Source of the DNA: a virus
Taxonomy: Duplodnaviria > Heunggongvirae > Uroviricota > Caudoviricetes
DNA: 64,000 nt
Virus record (IMG/VR): IMGVR_UViG_3300035494_000066
Strand: one strand, 5' to 3'
The notes below the pieces were generated by a model. That model worked only from the letters and a program-made list of their open reading frames with translations. It searched no databases and was not told the origin of the DNA. The translations under genes and the position numbers were made by a program. This document shows, in pieces, positions 54,257 through 63,681 of this stretch; the first letter of the stretch is position 1, and each line of letters begins with the position of its first letter.

Positions 54257-54562
54257 CTATCGATCAGCAGCATCATGCAGTGCAGCTTTCAACGCTTTAT
54301 TCTCATTGATAATCTCGAGTAGCTGCCGAGGCTGGATCACAACTGGACAGACAAGCGTCTCGAGATTATCATGATTATCGCCGCCGTATACCCAACAGTC
54401 TTCATTACCGAATTGAACGAAACGCTCAACGCGCAGTTGTCGGTTGTGCTGAGCTTCTCGGTCAGCTTCCTCAACAATCAACGCGTTCCTCCGTTTTAGC
54501 TTTTCTACTTCAGCTATTAACCGCTTATTTTCCTTTTGCAATTCTAACATGTCTGTTTTCAC
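54257..54562 (-). CDS. hypothetical coiled-coil protein (101 aa)
   Basis: Minus-strand ORF. Confidence 0.35.
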   Translation of the reverse strand: MKTDMLELQKENKRLIAEVEKLKRRNALIVEEADREAQHNRQLRVERFVQFGNEDCWVYGGDNHDNLETLVCPVVIQPRQLLEIINENKALKAALHDAADR

Positions 54563-54594
54563 TTAGTGATCTCGTTATGTAGCTCAACAACGTG

Positions 54595-55011
54595 TTACTT
54601 TGCAGATATGTGCTTGCTGCTCTGGACTGCTGCTGCAATATCTACAAATTTTGTAAGCCAATTGATTCCTAGTGAATTATCAACTGGTGTGTCGTTATCA
54701 AGGTGGTATTTTGTCCAAAGCTCTAGACCGAGATGTGCATAGCCGTTCCACGGCTTTCCGTACGGATCGAGCTCACTTGTAAGACCCGCATTTCCGATTG
54801 GGCGGATTCTAGCACAGTTTACAAGCGCATCCCAGCGCCCGGCTGATTCTTTAAGCCGGGCTACTTCGTCAAGAAGAGATAAGTAAGTCACCGGATTCAT
54901 TGATGAAGTTTTTTCCAAACATTTATCACACAACGTTAACCCGGTTACTAGTGTTGATGTGTTAACAGTTTCAGAACAATAAATGCAGTGTCGTTCGAAC
55001 ACAGCGTTCAT
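54595..55011 (-). CDS. hypothetical protein with N-terminal CxxC...CxxC zinc ribbon (138 aa)
   Basis: CIYCSE...CDKCLE. Confidence 0.4.
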   Translation of the reverse strand: MNAVFERHCIYCSETVNTSTLVTGLTLCDKCLEKTSSMNPVTYLSLLDEVARLKESAGRWDALVNCARIRPIGNAGLTSELDPYGKPWNGYAHLGLELWTKYHLDNDTPVDNSLGINWLTKFVDIAAAVQSSKHISAK

Positions 55012-55050
55012 AATATAGGCCTGTTGGTTGGTTTTGTTATTAACAGTATC

Positions 55051-55386
55051 TTACTTCGACATCTGTTCAAGTGCAGCTAACACGATCGCTAAGCGAGTTG
55101 CAGACTCAACGTCAGTGCCATGGTCTACTATTGCAGTACTGCTAGCAACAGTGACATTATTTTTCATATCTACGTCGACCTTAAGTCCTGCAGTGCACAT
55201 TAGTTTCATAGCGTCACTATTTTCAGTAATCGGGTTCCAGTGAAACGTCTTAGCGCCTGCAGGTGTGTTGACGGACACATTTAACTTATCGTGCTGCACA
55301 GACAGCACTTTAAACCCAACGCATTCTGCTAACGCATACAGTATAATATACATCTGGTCTTCAGTAAAATCAGATACCTTCATCAA
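55051..55386 (-). CDS. hypothetical protein (111 aa)
   Basis: Minus-strand ORF. Confidence 0.4.
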   Translation of the reverse strand: MMKVSDFTEDQMYIILYALAECVGFKVLSVQHDKLNVSVNTPAGAKTFHWNPITENSDAMKLMCTAGLKVDVDMKNNVTVASSTAIVDHGTDVESATRLAIVLAALEQMSK

Positions 55387-56070
55387 TTGCTCCTGTAGTT
55401 ATAGCAGATATTGTTTGAATCAACTCCTCTAGACGATTAACTTTATCTGTTAAGGCTCTGATCTGGTTGTCTTTATCAGTTAGTTCGCGACTTGCTCTGA
55501 GGTAAAAACTATAACGCTGGCAAACATCGATCTCGTCGCCTTGCCAGCAGTCAGGCGGCATTTGCAGCACCGCATGTAACATTAGATCACTCATGTTGTA
55601 TTCTAATAGATAGTGAAAAAACCAATTACGTCTGGTTGAGTTCTGACCGGTCTTTCATTACTTCGTCATAAATCTTAGCAGACATTACAGCTATTACAGG
55701 TGACTGAGTTTTTTCTTCGACTTTACGCCGGGCATCAGCTGCAGACTGCGCAAACACACGGGTAGTAGTGAACCCAGAATTCGATTTTACGGATGCAATA
55801 AATTCTTTCATGTTAGTCTCCCAAAATTTGATTTTATACAATTCGTTCGAACAACTCAACATACAGATGCAAGCGGCCGACTGTTAGACCTACCGACAAG
55901 AAACAGTGCTTGTTACACCCGATACTGAATCCAACCTCAGGTACATCTTGCATTGCGTAGCCAGCGATCACGACTTCCCGGCTACCAGTGCTTCCTATGC
56001 CGATTTCTTTACCAAACATTAAGTCTAGTGTTCGGGTAGTAACATGCATTTATTGCTCCTCGATTTACTA

Positions 56071-56673
56071 TTACAGAGATCGACTAGACACAGTCTGTGC
56101 AACATACTCAGCAGCTGCTTTGAATGTCACAAATGTTTCACCCGGGAACTGCTTAGCAAGCCGTTCCGCTTCGGCAGCAGCAGCCTCGGCGCTAGAGTGT
56201 ACTTTTGGTGTGCTAGCAAACGCCGGGTTGCCTTTAACGATCTTGGCAATTACATAGCCACCGTTGAATGTCACAGGTGCATTATCAGACGGTGTAGCAA
56301 TCAGTTCAGCTTTGGTTTCAGCTTTGGGTTTCGAGTTTGCAGGAACTGACGGCTCACGGATTGCCAAATAGTGACTTAACTGTTTTACTAGAGAAGAGAC
56401 TTCGCTATCTGTTAGTGATCGACCGTTGTAGTGATACAACTTACATAAAGCAGATTGACTATAAACCCGGCGGTAGCCATTAATGGTTAGTCGATACGAC
56501 GGGCTATTTGACGGCCCTGTATACTGCATAAAATACGGCTTTTGCAGCTCAGCTGATGGTTTCTCAAACGCAATTGCATGAAAAATGCCATTGACGGTTT
56601 TAATGATTGCATAGTTGGTATGTCGACTACCGGTAATAAGCGTGATCGGTGTGTTCTTTTCGATGTAATACAT
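56071..56673 (-). CDS. hypothetical protein (200 aa); N-terminal region may be a NUMOD-like DNA-binding module
   Basis: YRLTINGYRRVYSQSAL-type motif. Weak evidence. Confidence 0.4.
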   Translation of the reverse strand: MYYIEKNTPITLITGSRHTNYAIIKTVNGIFHAIAFEKPSAELQKPYFMQYTGPSNSPSYRLTINGYRRVYSQSALCKLYHYNGRSLTDSEVSSLVKQLSHYLAIREPSVPANSKPKAETKAELIATPSDNAPVTFNGGYVIAKIVKGNPAFASTPKVHSSAEAAAAEAERLAKQFPGETFVTFKAAAEYVAQTVSSRSL

Positions 56674-56683
56674 GTTGATACCT

Positions 56684-56962
56684 TTAATTGAGTTCTTCTA
56701 AGAGTTTATTAAATTGTTGTTCGGGCAGGGAATGAAAGTGCTCGTATTGCCATGTGATGCCGATATCCTGCGCCCGGCGCTTCGTTGCATTGAGTAACTC
56801 GCTAAATCCACGAGTTACGATTTTGTACGGAAGATAGAAGTCGGCTATGTGTTTACGAGATCGATCTTTAAACACTAAAACATGAACAAGGTTATTGCTT
56901 TCGCGTTCCCGGATCGCAATTTGTACTACACCCAAGTCAGTTACTGTCTTTTTCTTACTCAT
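56684..56962 (-). CDS. hypothetical protein (92 aa)
   Basis: Minus-strand ORF. Confidence 0.35.
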   Translation of the reverse strand: MSKKKTVTDLGVVQIAIRERESNNLVHVLVFKDRSRKHIADFYLPYKIVTRGFSELLNATKRRAQDIGITWQYEHFHSLPEQQFNKLLEELN

Positions 56963-57699
56963 ACTGCTACCTTTTCCCAGTTGTTTTTTACATACGTACG
57001 AGCCTGACCACGAGCCATATCTAGCGTAGACATTGCACTAGCAATAACATCGTCGATTGATTGACCTGCTGCCTTTGCTGCTGCAATCAGGTCTCGTACT
57101 GCATCAGCTTTTGAGCCAGTGCGTTTAACAGGCGCTGATTTTACTTTTTTTGCAGGAGTCGATTCTGTAATGTAGTTTCCGTTAATACCAATTACTCGAT
57201 GCTCACACTTGTTAGTCAGCTCGCCACCGTTCTTAACACGAAACGTCTTGCCTGCTACTAGCTTTTTATGATAGTGTTCGCTCAGTGTTACTTTGCGGCC
57301 GCATGTTGCTACGTACTCGTACGTTTTTCCACGTGCATACACAACAGGCAAATCATGAGTGCGAGTGGCGTTTCCGCCTAGTGCTTTACACACACGCTGC
57401 CATCCAGCATCGTGGCCGCGGCCGAGTTTGTTATTAAACTGACAAATAGTATGGGCAACTTCGTGCGGCACAGTATCGTTTAACATCTGTTCAGTCGCCA
57501 ACTCAAGCAGTGTGCTGTTAAATCGCAGAATAAACTGCGGATCAAGTCCGCCAGCGCGGCGGCGGATTGCTTGTCCTGCACAAGTACCTTTAAGGTCGAA
57601 CTTAATTACCGGCACAGGACAGTTGATGTTGTACAATTCGTTAGCAGTTTTGATCAGCTTCTGTACTTTCTCGATTACAGCAGTTTGATTCGGAGTCAT
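56959..57699 (-). CDS. SprT-like zinc metalloprotease domain protein
   Basis: HEVAHTICQF HExxH motif in a SprT-like context. 246 aa. Preceded by a TTGACC-17-TATAAT promoter with the conserved leader. Confidence 0.5.
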   Translation of the reverse strand: MTPNQTAVIEKVQKLIKTANELYNINCPVPVIKFDLKGTCAGQAIRRRAGGLDPQFILRFNSTLLELATEQMLNDTVPHEVAHTICQFNNKLGRGHDAGWQRVCKALGGNATRTHDLPVVYARGKTYEYVATCGRKVTLSEHYHKKLVAGKTFRVKNGGELTNKCEHRVIGINGNYITESTPAKKVKSAPVKRTGSKADAVRDLIAAAKAAGQSIDDVIASAMSTLDMARGQARTYVKNNWEKVAV

Positions 57700-57715
57700 G
57701 TCACTTGCCTTGTTT

Positions 57716-57768
57716 GCTTAACTTATGCTTGTATTATAAGGCCAGCTAGCTAGGTGGTCAACAACTTT
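57716..57768 (-). promoter_or_regulatory. sigma70-like promoter TTGACC-17-TATAAT plus conserved leader ACAAGCATAAGTTAAGC
   Basis: Minus strand gtTGTTGACCacctagctagctggccTTATAATacaagcataagttaagcaaaca. Confidence 0.55.
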
Positions 57769-58051
57769 TTTGCAATAAGAAAAACATTTTATCTTCTGAG
57801 TCGTCGAAAACAACACATCGTCCGTACTGACTATAGGTCCCTTTGCAATTAGCTTCTAACCAGCTGGTTAGAGCAGACTGTTCCATACCAGAATGCACAA
57901 CATCTACACCAGCTGCTTCTAGAATTGAGATCAATACAGTATTGTCAAGCTCGTGTGCTATTTTGTTAGCTAAGATCTCCTTAAGTTCGCGATCGGGTGT
58001 CTTAACCTGTGTTGATGCTTTTAAATGCTTTGTAACGCCACGGTTAATCAT
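57758..58051 (-). CDS. hypothetical protein (97 aa)
   Basis: Minus-strand ORF. Confidence 0.35.
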   Translation of the reverse strand: MINRGVTKHLKASTQVKTPDRELKEILANKIAHELDNTVLISILEAAGVDVVHSGMEQSALTSWLEANCKGTYSQYGRCVVFDDSEDKMFFLLQKSC

Positions 58052-58435
58052 AATATCAGTCGTTTGAGCTATTGCTTCGGGGGCCGAGGGCGTCGATTAG
58101 CTGAGCGATTGCTTCTGCAGAAATACAGCCGTTTTCGTCTAGAGGCAACGAGAACCCATCTGTGCGAAGCACTACAACTGGATTCTCGAGCTCGTAGTCT
58201 ACTTCGAGTTCAAGCTCTTGCTGACTTTCGTTTGTGAGTGTGATGATTTTATTAGTTACAGTTAGCATCGTTAGCCTCGTGTGTTAGTATCAGCGATTTG
58301 ATCCGGACAATCTCAGCAATACACATGTCACGGTATTCTTTGTAGTAAGGGTGTTTATACTTAAAATATTCGAAGCTAGCTAAATCAGCTAGCTTTTGTA
58401 AGTTTATGATTTCGTTTTGATACTGCAACCGCAGA

Positions 58436-59104
58436 TCATGTCCAGAGGTTTCTAAAGTATTTCCCGAACAGTAAGAGGCCATTGTCGATCCTTTTCTGGT
58501 ATTTAGCCATCCCTTCGCGATCGACTTTGTAAGTGTGTTTCGGGCCGTGTACTAGTTCGTACATTTGAATTTTACGATCGTCATCGCACGGCTGCCAGTC
58601 GAAGTCAATTTCACCACTGGTAAACTGATCTTCCCACTCACCGTCTAGGTTCTCGAATGCAAAAATCATTTCGTTAATGACCCAATCCCATCGATCAAAG
58701 AACTTAGGATCGGTTTCACCTTTTTCTTTGTACAAGGCTACTTCATCTGGTGTAGGGCGTAGCTCTTCCGGGACATCTTCTACATCAACAAACGGAGCTC
58801 CTTGCTTTTGCTCTTGTAGTTGCTTGAGCATTGGCAGAATAATCGGCTGCAAGGTGGTGTCCATGCTCCATGTATCCCACGGATCGATCCGTACCTTAAC
58901 AGTTTGCTCCATGCGATCGAGCACTACGTTGATAGTGTGATTATAGAACCACTGGATGGCATCGTCTAAGACCTCGATAAGTCTATCGACTCGATCGGGT
59001 TCGAAGCCTCTATAAAACTGCTTCTCGCTGTACTTATAATCCATCCAGTCGCGATGAATATTTGTGATCTTACGTGATACGTATTTTCCGATTTTTACTT
59101 TCAT
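58436..59104 (-). CDS. hypothetical protein (222 aa)
   Basis: Minus-strand ORF. Confidence 0.45.
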   Translation of the reverse strand: MKVKIGKYVSRKITNIHRDWMDYKYSEKQFYRGFEPDRVDRLIEVLDDAIQWFYNHTINVVLDRMEQTVKVRIDPWDTWSMDTTLQPIILPMLKQLQEQKQGAPFVDVEDVPEELRPTPDEVALYKEKGETDPKFFDRWDWVINEMIFAFENLDGEWEDQFTSGEIDFDWQPCDDDRKIQMYELVHGPKHTYKVDREGMAKYQKRIDNGLLLFGKYFRNLWT

Positions 59105-59115
59105 GTAGTGAGGCC

Positions 59116-59586
59116 TTAAGATCCTTGTTGTTCTAAATTAGTGTAATAACTGCGCAAGGTTGGGATATTTGCTGCTTCAAGAAGTGTATAATAAACCCAG
59201 TGATTATGGCCAGCGTATGACTCGAGATACTCATCGCCGAGCATAAAATATTCATTAACAAACTTTGCAACAGCGCCGGATCGACTAATGCCAGCAAAGC
59301 AATGAACGATCACATCTTTCTTTCGGCGAAACGATTCGTCAACAAAGCTAACAATAGTCTTTGCTTTGTTCTCAGTAAACCCACTCTGATCAGACGAGAT
59401 ATCTGCAAAATTAAGAAAAATTGCAGCTGACTCAGCGGACTTGTTTGCAACCCACATGTCTCGCATTTGATTCTTTTCCGAGTTTGTGTCGCTAATCGAA
59501 ATAAAGTCAACAGCATTCTTCTCAAAATACCCACTGAGAACTAGTTTGATTGCTTCTGCCCGCGACACGAACTTTACAGATTTCAT
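59116..59586 (-). CDS. dual-specificity/tyrosine protein phosphatase (CX5R)
   Basis: VHCFAGISRSG matches the HCxxGxxRS P-loop. Confidence 0.65.
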   Translation of the reverse strand: MKSVKFVSRAEAIKLVLSGYFEKNAVDFISISDTNSEKNQMRDMWVANKSAESAAIFLNFADISSDQSGFTENKAKTIVSFVDESFRRKKDVIVHCFAGISRSGAVAKFVNEYFMLGDEYLESYAGHNHWVYYTLLEAANIPTLRSYYTNLEQQGS

Positions 59587-59633
59587 ATGTGAATCACCGT
59601 TTTGCCTAGTAGTTAATGTACGTAGTATAGTGC

Positions 59634-60173
59634 CTACTGCAGATGTGTGTCGATCAGTTTTTGCACATGTTCATTGAGCCGTTTGTATAAATCGTCGGGC
59701 AACTTAGTTAACACTTCTGCAACTTTCTTTTTTTCCGGAAGATACACTGCAGCAAATTTCCGATCTAGATTTGCAATGCTACTAGTGTTCGAAATGATAT
59801 CAAACGCTTTAACAATTTGACTTTTTTCGGATGCTGCAGCAACATGGTTGCGATCAATTGCTGCCCGGGTTGCTCGGTTGCCGTCGGCTAACGTGCTAAC
59901 GTCAGTTACCCCTGCAACAATATCTGCAATTGCCGGGCCGAACATCTGGCTCACTAGCTCAATCGACACATTAGTATCTTCAACTACGTCATGAAGAAGC
60001 GTTGCTGCTAACACGTCAGAGTCAGTAGTAAACTCTCTTGCATAACAGTATACTTCTACAGGGTGGACAATATACGGTTCGTTTGTATATTTCCGCAACT
60101 GACCTACTGCAGCGTGTGCTGCCGAAGCAAAGATGTACGCATCTTGTTCGATTTGAGTCAGAGGTTCTATCAT
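59634..60173 (-). CDS. HD-domain hydrolase resembling the RelA/SpoT (p)ppGpp-hydrolase domain (small alarmone hydrolase-like)
   Basis: YIVHPVEV...LLHDVVEDT...GVTDVS mirrors the SpoT HD motif set (HP...LLHDvvEDT...GVTKl). 179 aa. Confidence 0.55.
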   Translation of the reverse strand: MIEPLTQIEQDAYIFASAAHAAVGQLRKYTNEPYIVHPVEVYCYAREFTTDSDVLAATLLHDVVEDTNVSIELVSQMFGPAIADIVAGVTDVSTLADGNRATRAAIDRNHVAAASEKSQIVKAFDIISNTSSIANLDRKFAAVYLPEKKKVAEVLTKLPDDLYKRLNEHVQKLIDTHLQ

Positions 60174-60194
60174 TTGTATACCTCACTATGGTAG

Positions 60195-60491
60195 TTATAA
60201 CAAGTCGGGAGTGTTGGGGTATTCTGCGAATGCGATTGCAGTTACAGCGCCTGCAGCTACTTCAGTTAGCCCTAAATCACGCTGGACTACTGTATTCGTA
60301 CATAGTTTAGCATCATTGAACATTTTGTCAAGTTTTGCAGTACGGGCTTCGAGTACAATTATCCGACTAGGAGATGCTTGAATTTGTAAGCTTAAACGTG
60401 ACACTGCATGACCAACTTGGCTTGCAATCTTGCCCGGGGACATATTGAGAGACTTGTTGTAATAGCACTTAAACACAATGTCATTGCTCAT
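60195..60491 (-). CDS. PTH2-family peptidyl-tRNA hydrolase-like protein
   Basis: SPGKIASQVGHA resembles the PTH2 GKGKIAAQCSHA block. C-terminal DLGLTEVAAGAVTAIAF resembles the PTH2 C-terminus. 98 aa. Confidence 0.45.
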   Translation of the reverse strand: MSNDIVFKCYYNKSLNMSPGKIASQVGHAVSRLSLQIQASPSRIIVLEARTAKLDKMFNDAKLCTNTVVQRDLGLTEVAAGAVTAIAFAEYPNTPDLL

Positions 60492-60811
60492 TTTAGTAGG
60501 ACTCCATCAGAAAAGTTGCCTTTTACACTAGTCTTATGCCGGCGCAGCCGCTGGACTGTTGCAGCAAAATCACAGCCTTTTACTGCTAGCAAACTGTCGA
60601 CAACATCCAGTAGATCACCGATTTCTTCAGCAAGTTCTGAGTCTGATTCCGCGGCGTCGATTTCGATAGCTTCTTCGACTATTTTTTTAACCAAATAGTA
60701 CTGGACCATTCGGGGCACTAGCTCAGCTGGATAAGTTTCTCTGATAGTAGTAAACTCACACGGAGTGGTGTAGCCTATAATCTCAGGTATGTGGTTTCTA
60801 ACAAGTTTCAT
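60488..60811 (-). CDS. MazG/HisE-like NTP pyrophosphohydrolase
   Basis: EEIGDLLDVV EExxD/ELGD motif typical of all-alpha NTP-PPases. 107 aa. Confidence 0.5.
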   Translation of the reverse strand: MKLVRNHIPEIIGYTTPCEFTTIRETYPAELVPRMVQYYLVKKIVEEAIEIDAAESDSELAEEIGDLLDVVDSLLAVKGCDFAATVQRLRRHKTSVKGNFSDGVLLK

Positions 60812-61098
60812 TTGAGTTCTCTATTAATGTATTCAATTAAGTCACTAACATAACACACATCGACACCGTTCTTTACAGTCTTAACCTGGTCGATAGCATC
60901 GCGTATTGCCTGAGCCTTAAGGGATAAGATAGACTCGTCGGGGTTTTCTCGCAACATTGTTTGCACATCGCGCCATGCTAATGTGCCTGCTAAAAAATCC
61001 GAGTTTGTTGTTTTTATTCTTGCGATCAATTCGATTGCATCGTGTAGTCGTTCGCATCTCGCGTTTAGTTTTGTTAAGCGGTCATCGTCTGTGGTCAT
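60808..61098 (-). CDS. hypothetical protein (96 aa)
   Basis: Minus-strand ORF coupled to the MazG-like gene. Confidence 0.35.
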   Translation of the reverse strand: MTTDDDRLTKLNARCERLHDAIELIARIKTTNSDFLAGTLAWRDVQTMLRENPDESILSLKAQAIRDAIDQVKTVKNGVDVCYVSDLIEYINRELK

Positions 61099-61163
61099 TG
61101 CTAGCCTTACTGTGCAGAACTTCTGCTACCTAACGCAGAGAGGCTTCTTGATATACTGCAGTA

Positions 61164-61646
61164 TTATTTATGCATATATTGTGCAATTGCACGAGCAATA
61201 ATTTCAGCGTCAGCTAATGCCCTATGCGGCCGGTGTTGCTGCGCTAAGTACGAAACGCAATTGCTAAACTTATCCCACGGCACTACAGTTTCGATACCAA
61301 CAATATCGAAGCTCGGCGTCATGTTCGCAGCATCGTATAACACGCTAAGCCAGTTTGCGTCAAACCCCGGAGCGTCTGATACCATAACACTATCGCACAC
61401 TGCATTAATGCGCTCGCATGCTTCAGTAACCGAAATGCCAAACTCGTTAATTTGCTCGCGAGACAACCCGTGTATGAGCTCGGCATTATAATCCCAGTGG
61501 GTCCACTGCGGCTCGGGCTTGATGTAAAAGCTAATACGTTTAGCAGGATCGGCTAGATCAAATATACCTACTTCAATTGGGTAACTGTCGGGGTGTAACC
61601 CTGATGCTTCTACGTCAACTACCTGAATGTTATTTACTGAGTTCAT
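61164..61646 (-). CDS. DEDD-family 3'-5' exonuclease (DnaQ/RNase T-like)
   Basis: VVDVEASGL Exo I motif. 160 aa. Confidence 0.55.
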   Translation of the reverse strand: MNSVNNIQVVDVEASGLHPDSYPIEVGIFDLADPAKRISFYIKPEPQWTHWDYNAELIHGLSREQINEFGISVTEACERINAVCDSVMVSDAPGFDANWLSVLYDAANMTPSFDIVGIETVVPWDKFSNCVSYLAQQHRPHRALADAEIIARAIAQYMHK

Positions 61647-61981
61647 TTACACTTTCCTAGGTATGTGTTTTTTACATATGCAATAAGTTCCGGCTCTTGG
61701 GTTTCATGTTCGACATTACAATCGAGACATGTGCTAGTGTACTGAACATTATTGCCTTCTACAGTAGAGTAGACTTGCACATGCTGCGAGCCGCAGCAAT
61801 CGCAGGTTCGGAATGATTCGAATTCAACAATGTCATAAATCATCTCTGACCTAACAATGATACTATCTAGATGAGAAGCAGCTTCACGATAGCTACAAAA
61901 TAAAAACGGCTTGTTTTGCAAGCCAACCACCTTATGCGGTTTTGCTGCTGATCCTACTTCTACAACACCGTATATAATCAT
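61643..61981 (-). CDS. hypothetical Cys-rich protein (112 aa)
   Basis: CDCCG...CLDC. Confidence 0.4.
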   Translation of the reverse strand: MIIYGVVEVGSAAKPHKVVGLQNKPFLFCSYREAASHLDSIIVRSEMIYDIVEFESFRTCDCCGSQHVQVYSTVEGNNVQYTSTCLDCNVEHETQEPELIAYVKNTYLGKCK

Positions 61982-62057
61982 TGTAATCCCACTATAGATT
62001 CATTTTTCCTGCTGCGACCCGAGCAGCGACTATGTTGTTATTCTTGTAACCTACGTG

Positions 62058-62357
62058 CTAATATGAGCTAAAGCTCTCGCCTCGGTAAAATGCAGACTCT
62101 ACTTGGACATAGACCCAGCTGGGGAAATCGCCGACTAATTTCCCTACTTCATAACTCGGACGGAATGCGGTACGTGCATAATTAACAACTGGTTGCTCGT
62201 TCCAGTTTTTGACTGGGTCGTATGCCAGGCATTCTTTGTGACAAGTTAGTGATTTCGCAGTGATGGTTTCTCCTGAACCCATCAGACGAACTCGAAGTGT
62301 CTGTCCGTTTCTCTTAATTTTGAATTCTTTTTGTACGTCCGAAGTCATACTATTCAC
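62058..62357 (-). CDS. hypothetical protein (99 aa)
   Basis: Minus-strand ORF. Confidence 0.35.
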   Translation of the reverse strand: MNSMTSDVQKEFKIKRNGQTLRVRLMGSGETITAKSLTCHKECLAYDPVKNWNEQPVVNYARTAFRPSYEVGKLVGDFPSWVYVQVESAFYRGESFSSY

Positions 62358-62623
62358 CAGTTGCAGAGTTCGTTAGATGAGTTCTCCGACTCGAACATCC
62401 AAAACGAGTCAAAATCGCACTGTACATTTAGCGGGAGAGATGGGTTGAAATCAATTGACCCAACGTCACCGTGGCTCCCGGAACAAAAGTATTTAACTCC
62501 GGAATCCGGGTCAGTGACAGTAAACATTAGCACGCCTTTTTCGATATAAAAGTCAGCCGGTACTTGGTGTAAGATACGCAAACCGCTCTTAACAAAACTT
62601 TCCCAACTAGTGTAGTGTGCCAT
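62354..62623 (-). CDS. hypothetical protein (89 aa)
   Basis: Minus-strand ORF. Confidence 0.35.
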   Translation of the reverse strand: MAHYTSWESFVKSGLRILHQVPADFYIEKGVLMFTVTDPDSGVKYFCSGSHGDVGSIDFNPSLPLNVQCDFDSFWMFESENSSNELCNW

Positions 62624-62703
62624 GCTAAAAACACCTCGCTGTATTATTTAAGTACAGTATATGCGGTCTTAATCACAAAGTAAAGAATTATTTAGAATTT
62701 TTT

Positions 62704-63012
62704 CTATCTATCCGGGGATTGACCCGAGTTGAACTGACTCGAGTCGAATGCGAACGGCTCATTGTGCATTAAATCCATTTTTCCTTTTTTCATTCTTGAC
62801 AAGACATGTTTATCTGGTAGCGGGTCGACAACATACAGCAGTAACGTTGTGTGAGGCAATGGCTCGTTGTTTATAGCTGCTTGCACTTGGTCAAGGACCT
62901 TGCTATCAGCGTCTAGCGCACCAAGTACTTGGTACAGCTCGCATAGAAGAGCAGTATGGTTGTCTGAATTTGATCTAAACCAGTCCCGGAGCTGTAGTAA
63001 AAATTGTATCAT
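62704..63012 (-). CDS. hypothetical protein (102 aa)
   Basis: Minus-strand ORF. Confidence 0.35.
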   Translation of the reverse strand: MIQFLLQLRDWFRSNSDNHTALLCELYQVLGALDADSKVLDQVQAAINNEPLPHTTLLLYVVDPLPDKHVLSRMKKGKMDLMHNEPFAFDSSQFNSGQSPDR

Positions 63013-63052
63013 ATCGTAATTTTGCCCAACTTAATTTCTCGATATAGTTCTT

Positions 63053-63295
63053 TCACTTATCTAACTCTTTCAATCGTTCAAGATAAGTTTCAATTCCATA
63101 GTCGTCTTCGAGATAGTAATCGAGATGATGAATCCTCTGTCGTACTTCCTTAAGCTTTGGTAATAGATCGATTATACTATCTTTCACTTCATCTGTGAAC
63201 TTTTCTTTCGGGTCTCCATTGATGAGAAGGTGTTCAATCTCATCTTCAAGTTGGATCAGTCTATACTGAATGTAATCAAAGTATCCTCCAGACAT
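63053..63295 (-). CDS. hypothetical protein (80 aa)
   Basis: Minus-strand ORF. Confidence 0.3.
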   Translation of the reverse strand: MSGGYFDYIQYRLIQLEDEIEHLLINGDPKEKFTDEVKDSIIDLLPKLKEVRQRIHHLDYYLEDDYGIETYLERLKELDK

Positions 63296-63681
63296 TATTC
63301 ATCTCCCGATGGAAGTGTAATCTCTACCCAGCATTCGCCACATGGTCGATCTTCACATTTATACAAAGCGTGAAAACCACGCAATTGAAGTTGGCTTATA
63401 AAGTGCTGAGTTTCAATATCATACCGAGACAATGTTCTGGTTGTCACCTTAATAATGTCGACGCCTTGCATAAAAGATGATTCACACTCTTTAGAAATAA
63501 ACTCATCTATTCTTGGGTCAAATTGATTAACCTTCTCCCGAAGGTCTTTAGCCATAATTGGTTTCATTTTGCTGTTCTCATCAAAGCTACAAAGGAAAGT
63601 ATCGTGCACTAGCAGTTCTTTATAGTTCTGCGCTATTGTGCTCGAGTGTAATCTGCTGCAAGCACGCCTTGTTAAATACAA
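63295..63681 (-). CDS. hypothetical protein (128 aa)
   Basis: Minus-strand ORF. Confidence 0.4.
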   Translation of the reverse strand: MYLTRRACSRLHSSTIAQNYKELLVHDTFLCSFDENSKMKPIMAKDLREKVNQFDPRIDEFISKECESSFMQGVDIIKVTTRTLSRYDIETQHFISQLQLRGFHALYKCEDRPCGECWVEITLPSGDE

